A stretch of DNA of 64,000 nt from an uncultured Solirubrobacteraceae bacterium (GTDB taxonomy: Bacteria > Actinomycetota > Thermoleophilia > Solirubrobacterales > Solirubrobacteraceae). Below, piece by piece: positions 57,491 through 64,000 of the stretch. The stretch is from the NCBI GenBank assembly GCA_963838655.1, contig CAWIRW010000018.1, positions 83,397-147,396 on the forward strand. Direction: 5' to 3'. Position 1 is the stretch's first letter; every line of letters starts with the position of its first letter. The notes under the pieces are model-generated. The model was not told the DNA's origin, searched no databases, and saw only the letters and a list, made by a program, of their open reading frames with translations. A program made the position numbers and the translations under genes.

Positions 57491-58942
57491 CGGTCGGCCA
57501 GCAGCGCGTCGACGAGCCCGTCGGGCGTGTGGGGGTCGGCTTCGAGGTGCGGCTCCGCGCCGTGCTCGCGCAGCGCGGCGCTCGTCGCGGGTCCGATCGA
57601 GGCGAGCCGCGGGCCGTGGAGTGCGCCGTCGCCCGCCGCCTCGGCGAAGAAGCGCACCGACGAGGCGGAGGTGAAGAGCAGGTAGTCGGCCGCGGCGGCG
57701 GCGGTGCGGGTGTTCTCGTCGAGCGGCTCGGCGACCGTGCGGTAGAGCGGGAGCAGGTCGACGTGCGCGCCGCGAGCGCGGAGGGCGTCGGGCAGCACGT
57801 CCCGACCCTCCGCGGCGCGGGCGACGAGCACCCGCTCGGCGGGCACGTCGGCGAGCGCCTCGACCAGCCCTTCGGCGACCGCTCGCTCGGGCACCACGTC
57901 GGGCTCGATCCCGCGGGCGCGCAGCGCGGCGGCGGTGCCGGGGCCGATGGCGGCGACCGTCCGGCCGGCGAGCGCCCGGGCGTCGCGCAGGCGGTCGAGC
58001 AGCAGCTCGGCGCCGTTCGGCGACGTGACGCACACGAGGTCGTAGCCGTTCAGTGGCGGGAGCGGCGTGTCGAGCGGCTCGATGCGGATCGCCGGCGCCT
58101 CGATGACCGTCGCGCCGAGCGTCCGCAGTCGGGCGGCCAGCGCGCTCGCCTGGGCACGCGCGCGGGTGACGGCGACCGTGCGGCCGTGCAGCGGGCGGTG
58201 CTCGAGCCACGCGAGCTGGTCCCGCATCGCCGCGACTTCGCCGACCAGCGTGATCGCGGGCGCGCGGATGCCCTCCTCCTGCGCGCGGGCGGCGATGTCG
58301 GCGAGCGTGGCGACGACCGTGCGCTGGCCGGGCAGGGTCCCTCGCTCCACGACGGCGGCGGGCTGGCTGCGCGGAGCGACCGCCGGCGACGAGCCGCTCG
58401 GCGATCCGCGGCAGCGTGCGCACGCCCATGTAGAAGACGAGCGTGCCCGGGAAGGCGGCGAGCGCGGGCCAGTCGATCGCCGACTCGGGCTTGTCGGGAT
58501 CCTCGTGGCCGGTGACGAAGGCGACGCCGCTGGCGACGTCGCGGTGGGTGACGGGGATGCCGGCGTACGCGGGCGCGGCGACGCCGGCCGTCACGCCCGG
58601 CACGACCTCGAACGGGATCCCGGCCTCCCGCAGCACGAGCGCCTCCTCGCCGCCGCGGCCGAAGACGAACGGGTCGCCGCCCTTGAGCCGCACCACACGG
58701 CGCCCGGCGCGGGCGTGCTCGAGCAGCAGACGGTGCGTGTCGTCCTGCGGGAACTGCGGGCCCTCGCCCTGCTTGCCGACGTAGACGATCTCGGCCTCGG
58801 GGCGGGCATGGCTCAGCGCCTCGGGCGGGATCAGGCGGTCGTAGAGGATCACGTCGGCGGCCGCGATCAGCTCGACCGCGCGGACGGTCAGCAGGCCGGG
58901 GTCGCCGGGGCCGGCGCCGACGAGATGGACGATGCCGCTCAC
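57487..58942 (-). pseudogene. fused uroporphyrinogen-III C-methyltransferase / uroporphyrinogen-III synthase, one apparent +1 insertion near 58368-58374
   Basis: CobA part [12 protein letters not shown]...[13 protein letters not shown]...[12 protein letters not shown] continues in another frame as [25 protein letters not shown], followed by the HemD part [33 protein letters not shown]... Confidence 0.85.
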
Positions 58943-59832
58943 CGTGCCGCCATCGCCTCGGCCGCGCGCAGGAGGTCGGCCGCGCCCGCCGCGAGCATCC
59001 GCTGCGCGAGCTCGACCCCGGCCGCCGGCCGCGGTTCGTCCGCCCCCAGCGCGATCTCGTCGACGAGCCACTCCGAGCCGTCGGGCAGGCCGGCGAAGCC
59101 GCGAATGCGCGCGGAATCCGCGTGGATTCCCACAGAGGTGTGACAACTTGCGGACAATTCGCGCACGGCGGCCCGTTCCGCGAACAGGCATGCCAAGGTG
59201 CGGCGATGGCATGCGGCAGCGGCGACATCGGCAGCGGGGGAGCCCGCTCGGGCCTGGATCGCGATCACGCCCTGCCCCGCGGCGGGCACGAACACGTCGC
59301 CGGCCAGCGCCCCGCCCGCCTCCCGGCGGCGGTCGAGCCGGTCGAGGCCGGCGGCGGCGAGCACCAGCACGTCGACCTCGCCCGCCGCGCGCTTGCGCAG
59401 CCGCGTGTCGACGTTGCCGCGCAGCTCGCAGACCAGGAGGTCCGGCCGTACGGCCAGCAGCTGCGCGCGCCGGCGCAGCGCGCTGGTCCCGACCCGCGCG
59501 CCCTCGCGCACATCCGCCAGCCGTTTCTCGCCCACGATCACGTCGACCGGGTCGGCCCGCCGCGGCGTGGCCACGATCGCGGTGCCGGAGGCGAGCTCGG
59601 CCGGCACGTCCTTGGCCGAGTGGACCGCGAGGTCGATGTCGCCGTCCACCAGCGCGGTCTCGAGCGCGCTCACCCAGCGCGACTTGTCGCCGCGCGCGGG
59701 ATCCACGTCGCCGGCCGTGGTGATCGTCACGAACTCGCTGGCGACGCCGAGCTCGCGCGCCACCGCACGAGCCTGCGCGAGCGCGAGCGTGCTCCCGCGC
59801 GTGCCGATCCGCAGGGCAGGGCCGGCGTTCAC
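58939..59832 (-). CDS. hemC: hydroxymethylbilane synthase (porphobilinogen deaminase)
   Basis: [14 protein letters not shown]...HSAKDVP...[12 protein letters not shown] overlaps on both sides. Confidence 0.92.
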   Translation of the reverse strand: MNAGPALRIGTRGSTLALAQARAVARELGVASEFVTITTAGDVDPARGDKSRWVSALETALVDGDIDLAVHSAKDVPAELASGTAIVATPRRADPVDVIVGEKRLADVREGARVGTSALRRRAQLLAVRPDLLVCELRGNVDTRLRKRAAGEVDVLVLAAAGLDRLDRRREAGGALAGDVFVPAAGQGVIAIQARAGSPAADVAAAACHRRTLACLFAERAAVRELSASCHTSVGIHADSARIRGFAGLPDGSEWLVDEIALGADEPRPAAGVELAQRMLAAGAADLLRAAEAMAAR

Positions 59833-61151
59833 CGCCGCCGGAGCTCGCGGACCTCGCCGGGCTGCTCGCCGCCGCCCTCGTCCGCCGCCTCCCCGAGGCC
59901 GAACAGCTCGCGCAGGAGCTGCAGCCGCGCGTGGCGGTGGCCGCCGTCGAGGCCCTTCACGTGCAGCGTCGGCTCGTGCAGCAGGCGGTTGGCCACGGCG
60001 CGGGCGAGCGCCTCGACGCGGCGCCGGTCGCGCTCGGTCATGCCCTCCCAGCGGCCCTCGTTCTCGCGCAGGACCTGGGCGACGACGTCGTCGGCGCGAG
60101 CCCGTAGGGCGGACACGGTCGGCATGATCTCGAGCGAGCCGAGCCAGCCCGCGAAGGCCTGGATCTCCTCCTCCACGATGCCCTCGGCGCGGCGCGCCTC
60201 GGCCTTGCGCACGGAGATGTGGCCGGCGACCTGCGCCTGCAGCCCGTCGATGTCGAGCAGCGTGACGCCGGGCAGCTCGCCGGCGGCGGCCTCGATGTCG
60301 CGCGGGACCGCGAGGTCGACCAGCAGCAGCGGCCGTCCGCGGCGCGCGGCGACCACGACCGCGAGCTCCTCGGCGCCCAGCAGCGTGTGCGGCGAGGACG
60401 TCGAGGCGATCACGATGTCCGCGCGGCCGAGCTCGGCCGGCAGCGCGTCGAACGAGCCCGAGGCACCGCCGAACCGCTGGGCGAGCGCGATCGCCCGGTC
60501 GCGGCGGCGGTTGGCGATGAACATCGTGGTCACGCCGTGGTCGTGGAGCGCCTGGGCGGTCAGCTCGGCGGTCTCGCCGGCGCCGATGATCACCACGTGC
60601 CGCTCGCCGAGGTCGCCGAGCGCCTCCTGCGCAGCGTCGACCGCGACCGACGCCACGCTGGCGCGGCCGACCGAGATCGCGGTCTCGGTGCGCACGCGCT
60701 TGCCGGTAGCGAGTGCGGCGCGGAACAGCTTGTTCGTCATCGGCCCGGTCGTGCGGGCCGCCAGCGCAGCCTCGTACGCGCGCTTGACCTGGCCCTGCAC
60801 CTCGGCCTCGCCCACGATCATCGACTCGAGGCCGCTCGCGACCCGGTACAGGTGCCGGGCTGCGTCGCAGTTGCGGAGCGAGTAGATGCCGTCGAGCAGC
60901 TCCGTGGGCCGGATGCCCGCCCGGCGGGCGAGCAGCGACAGGACCGTCGACTCCGCCTCGACCGGGTCGCGCACCATCAGGTACAGCTCGGTGCGGTTGC
61001 AGGTCGAGAGCGCCACCGCCTCGCCGATCGCATCGTGGCGAGTCAGCTCGTGCAGCAGCGGCTCCGCGCCGCCCTCGGTCAGCGCGATCCGCTCACGCAC
61101 GGCGAGCGCGGCCGTCTTGTGCGAGGCGCCGAGGGCCAGCAGCTCGCTCAC
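59829..61151 (-). CDS. hemA: glutamyl-tRNA reductase
   Basis: [18 protein letters not shown]...STCNRTELY...[10 protein letters not shown]. Confidence 0.92.
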   Translation of the reverse strand: MSELLALGASHKTAALAVRERIALTEGGAEPLLHELTRHDAIGEAVALSTCNRTELYLMVRDPVEAESTVLSLLARRAGIRPTELLDGIYSLRNCDAARHLYRVASGLESMIVGEAEVQGQVKRAYEAALAARTTGPMTNKLFRAALATGKRVRTETAISVGRASVASVAVDAAQEALGDLGERHVVIIGAGETAELTAQALHDHGVTTMFIANRRRDRAIALAQRFGGASGSFDALPAELGRADIVIASTSSPHTLLGAEELAVVVAARRGRPLLLVDLAVPRDIEAAAGELPGVTLLDIDGLQAQVAGHISVRKAEARRAEGIVEEEIQAFAGWLGSLEIMPTVSALRARADDVVAQVLRENEGRWEGMTERDRRRVEALARAVANRLLHEPTLHVKGLDGGHRHARLQLLRELFGLGEAADEGGGEQPGEVRELRRR

Positions 61152-61357
61152 CGCGGCACGGCCTCCTCCTCGGTCTCGGAGCGCTCGCGCCGCGCCGCGT
61201 CGCGGCGGTCGACGATCTCCGTCAGCTCGCCGAGCTCGCGGGAGATGCGCGCCAGCTTGGCCGCCATGATCGCCACGTACACGAGGATGAGCCCGAGGAA
61301 GACGAGGTAGGCGGCGGCGACGTACGGGCCGGCGTCGTCGAGCGGGAGCGCCGGCAT
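61148..61357 (-). CDS. small single-TM protein in the CcmD position (heme exporter protein D-like)
   Basis: 69 aa, MPALPLDDAGPYVAAAYLVFLGLILVYVAIMAAKLARI. Its start overlaps the ccmC stop and its stop overlaps the hemA start. The assignment rests on size, topology and position only. Confidence 0.5.
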   Translation of the reverse strand: MPALPLDDAGPYVAAAYLVFLGLILVYVAIMAAKLARISRELGELTEIVDRRDAARRERSETEEEAVPR

Positions 61358-62085
61358 CAGAGCTGCGGCGCCGCGCTGCGGCGGGTCGGGACCCACGGAT
61401 CGTCCTCGTCGGCCAGCCGGCGCTTGAGCGCCCGCAGCTGCATCGACGCGTGCTTGGACGTCAGCTCGTACTTGCACAGCGTGACGAACAGGACGGCCAT
61501 GCCCGCGAGCGACACGAGGAAGGTGAGGTACATGTCGCCGGGCATCGAGCCGCCCGTCTCGCTCAGGACGCGCGGATGGGCGAGCGACTCGGCCATCCTC
61601 ACCGCGAGGAAGTTGAGCGGGACGAACGCGCCGGCCGTGATCGCGAACACGGAGGCGGTGCGCGCCTGCCGCTCGGGATCCTCGATCGAGAACCGCAGCG
61701 GCTGGTAGCAGGCGTAGAGCAGGAACACGATCAGGAAGGAGACGAGCGTCGGCTCGTCCCACAGCCACCAGTGACCCCACGAGGCCTTGGCCCAGATCGA
61801 GCCCGTGATCAAGGTCGCCACGCCGAAGATCAGCGACAGGTGGATCGCCACGTACGAGCGCAGGTCATGCGCGCGGTCGCCCGAGCGCAGGTACTTGATC
61901 CCGTACACCCCGCCGGCGACGAACCCGAACAGCGCCACGATCGCCAGCGGCACGTGCAGGTAGAAGATCTTCTGGATGAAGCCCTGGTCGGCGTCGTTGG
62001 GCGCATACAGGAAGACCAGCGCGAACGCACCGACGATCAGGACGACTGAGGCGATGGAGAGCGGCTTGAGCCCTCGGGCGAACAC
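61357..62085 (-). CDS. ccmC: heme exporter protein C / cytochrome c-type biogenesis protein CcmC
   Basis: WWD motif WGHWWLWDEPTL, six TM helices, and flanking conserved His residues. Confidence 0.88.
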   Translation of the reverse strand: MFARGLKPLSIASVVLIVGAFALVFLYAPNDADQGFIQKIFYLHVPLAIVALFGFVAGGVYGIKYLRSGDRAHDLRSYVAIHLSLIFGVATLITGSIWAKASWGHWWLWDEPTLVSFLIVFLLYACYQPLRFSIEDPERQARTASVFAITAGAFVPLNFLAVRMAESLAHPRVLSETGGSMPGDMYLTFLVSLAGMAVLFVTLCKYELTSKHASMQLRALKRRLADEDDPWVPTRRSAAPQL

Positions 62086-62091
62086 GTCTGG

Positions 62092-62767
62092 CTACTCCTC
62101 TAGGAGGAAATCGAAGACCGCGAAGGCGACCAGTCCGAAGACGAGATCATAGAGGCCGAGGACCAGCAGCCAGCGGCCGGGAAGCGCCTCGGCGCCCGCC
62201 TCGAGCAACAGCGGCGCCGTGGCGCGCGCCGCCGCGATGGCGAGCGGGATCATCAGCGGGAGCGCGACGATCGGCACGATCAGCTCGCGCGCACGGGTCT
62301 GGATCCCCACCGCGCCCACCAGCGTCCCGATCACCGCGAGCCCGACGTCGACGAGCAGCAGCACGAGCACGAGCTCGGGCACGGCCGGCCACGCCGACGG
62401 CCCGAGCAGCAGGATCGCGAACGCCGGCACCGCCGCGAGCTCGACGCGCCACGAGGAACGCGAACAGCACCGTGGCCTTGGCCACGAACAGCGCGGTGCG
62501 GTCGACCGGCGCCAGCAGGAAGCCGTCGAACCCGCCCTGCTCGCGCTCGGCGACGAACAGGCGGCCCATGCCGAGCACGGCGGCGAACAGCAGCGTCACC
62601 CACAGCACCCCGGCGGCCAGCTCCCCCTCCACCGACGCGCGGTCGAGCGCGAAGTGGAAGAGCACGAAGGTCGAGACGCTGAACAGCAGCATCGCCGGCA
62701 CGGCCTCGCCGGTCCGCAGCTCGACCCGCAGGTCCTTGCGGATGACCGCGCCGACCGCGCGCCTCAC
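62092..62767 (-). pseudogene. ccmB: heme exporter protein B (CcmB), one apparent +1 insertion near 62445-62449
   Basis: VIRKDLRVELRTGEAV...FVAEREQGGFDGFLLAPVDRTALFVAKATVLFAFLVA continues in another frame as VELAAVPAFAILLLGP...LYDLVFGLVAFAVFDFLLEE. GTG 62767 forms a GTGA overlap with ccmA. Confidence 0.8.
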
Positions 62768-63486
62768 GGCCCGCAGCTCCCGATCGGGCGCGTCACCGGT
62801 AGAGCCCGCGCAGATCGTCGGTCCGGACGTCCCGGGCTGCGGCCACGCAGCTCCGGTCGGCCGGCGCGCAGCCCGAGCACGACGTCGGCCTCGGCCAGCC
62901 CCTGCTCGACGTCGTGCGAGATCAGCACGCGCGTGGCGCCGCTCGCGCGCCCGATCAGCGGCGCGACCGCGCCCGCTGCGCCCGGGTCGAGGTTCGCCAG
63001 CGGCTCGTCGAGCAGCAGCAGCTCGGGCTCGTGCAGCACCGCGCGGCAGATCGCCACGCGCTGGGCCATCCCGCGCGAGAGCGCACGCACCGGCTCGTCG
63101 GCCCGCCGCGCCATCCCGACCGCCTCGAGCAGGCGCTCTCCCCGGTCGGCGTCGACGTCGTGGAGCCGCGCGTGGAAGCGCAGGTTCTCGCGCGCGGAGA
63201 GGTCGCGGTAGAGCAGCGGCTCGTGGCCCAGCAGCCCGAGCCGCCCGCGCACGGCCCAGCCCTCCCGCGGGAGCGTCCTCCCCAGCACGACGCGCCGAGC
63301 CGGCGTGCGGGCGCAGCAGCGTCGCGAGGATCCGCAGCAGCGTCGTCTTCCCGGCCCCGTTGGCGCCGAACACCGCCAGCGTGGCGCCGCGCGGCCAGCG
63401 TCAGCGACACCCCGGCGAGCGCGAGCCGCTCCCCGTACGACCGGCTGACCTCGCGCGAGCGCGAGGGCCGGTTCAGCCTCGGCCAT
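62764..63486 (-). pseudogene. ccmA: heme ABC exporter ATP-binding protein CcmA, three apparent +1 insertions within ~180 bp
   Basis: The conserved sequence cycles through all three frames: MAEAEPALAL, then REVSRSYGERLALAGVSLTLAA, then GATLAVFGANGAGKTTLLRILATLLRPHAGSAR, then VLGRTLPREGWAVRGRLGLLGHEP...LSRGMAQR...LLLDEP. A possible fourth shift near 62830 would move the stop to 62793. Confidence 0.8.
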
Positions 63487-63946
63487 GGTGCGACGAGTCG
63501 CCGCGCAGCGTCTGCACCACGTGCGCCAGCGTCGGCTCGAGCACGCCGAACAGCTGGTCGATCGCCTTCGGCGAGCCGGGGAAGTTGACGATCAACGTCC
63601 GCCCGGCGACGCCCGACACCCCGCGCGTCAGGATCCCCATCGGCGTGTGGCGGGCGCCTTCGACCCGCATCGCCTCGGCGAAGCCGGGCGCGTCCCGCTC
63701 GATCACCGCCCGCGTCGCCTCGGGCGTCACGTCGTCGGGCGTCAGGCCCGTCCCGCCGGTGGTGAAGATCAGGTCGCAGCCGCCGTCGACGTAGTGGTGC
63801 AGCCGGTCCTCGATCAGCGCGAGGTCGTCCGGCACGACCTCCATCGCCACCACCTCGCACCCGGCCCGCTCGGCCGCCTCGGCCAGCCGCGGCCCGGAGA
63901 GGTCCTCCGCCTCCCGGCGCGAGACGGACGTCGAGATCGTGAGCAC
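63473..63946 (-). CDS. moaB: molybdenum cofactor biosynthesis protein B (MoaB/MogA family)
   Basis: LTISTSVS...DLIFTTGGTGLTPDDVTPEAT...GILTRGVSGVAGRTLIVNFPGSPKA. The start is uncertain because the frame stays open to the window edge. Confidence 0.8.
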   Translation of the reverse strand: MLTISTSVSRREAEDLSGPRLAEAAERAGCEVVAMEVVPDDLALIEDRLHHYVDGGCDLIFTTGGTGLTPDDVTPEATRAVIERDAPGFAEAMRVEGARHTPMGILTRGVSGVAGRTLIVNFPGSPKAIDQLFGVLEPTLAHVVQTLRGDSSHHGRG

Positions 63947-64000
63947 GGCGGTCCGGATGGCGCGGAGCTTACGCCGGCGGTGGCGCCGTGCTCGCGCTGG

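Overview
Very high-GC bacterial chromosomal window. GC was judged by eye at about 70% or more and was not computed. Gene content and codon bias fit a high-GC Gram-positive (Actinomycetota-like) organism, but the lineage is inference only. I call about 70 protein genes and 2 tRNAs. I found no rRNA, CRISPR array, transposase or integrase.

The content is core housekeeping, much of it in translationally coupled strings with NTGA start/stop overlaps:
- ABC-2 exporter, then hemB, a siroheme-decarboxylase-like gene and hemL.
- Rieske / cytochrome b6-type / cytochrome b-c menaquinol reductase, ubiE, polyprenyl synthase, tatA-tatC.
- rpsF-ssb-rpsR-rplI-dnaB, a DnaC-like loader and purA.
- Response regulator, histidine kinase, HtrA, TreT-like gene and OtsA.
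- thiL, infA, a class A PBP.
- A five-gene peptide/nickel-type ABC importer, then clpP.
- moaB-ccmABCD-hemA-hemC-cobA/hemD-DUF62-birA.

Main points from the hunt:
1. Two copies (25171-25514 and 47811-48128) of an unclassified 320-345 bp element bounded by about 30-bp terminal inverted repeats. Each exactly fills a gap between convergent genes. The interiors are diverged but rich in hairpins and repeats.
2. At least 24 single-nucleotide frameshifts in otherwise well conserved genes, including dnaB, purA and birA. They are insertion-biased and clustered, so they are more likely consensus errors than decay. Affected genes are listed as pseudogene, meaning frameshifted as sequenced.
3. A zinc-finger DnaC/IstB-like ATPase translationally coupled to dnaB.
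4. A heme-related layout that combines a fused AhbA/AhbB-like siroheme decarboxylase, a cobA-hemD fusion and a ccmABCD-only module welded to hemA.
5. A near-consensus leaderless promoter with an embedded palindromic operator at one of two ArsR-SRPBCC modules.

All frameshift positions are approximate, read by eye. No database search was possible.
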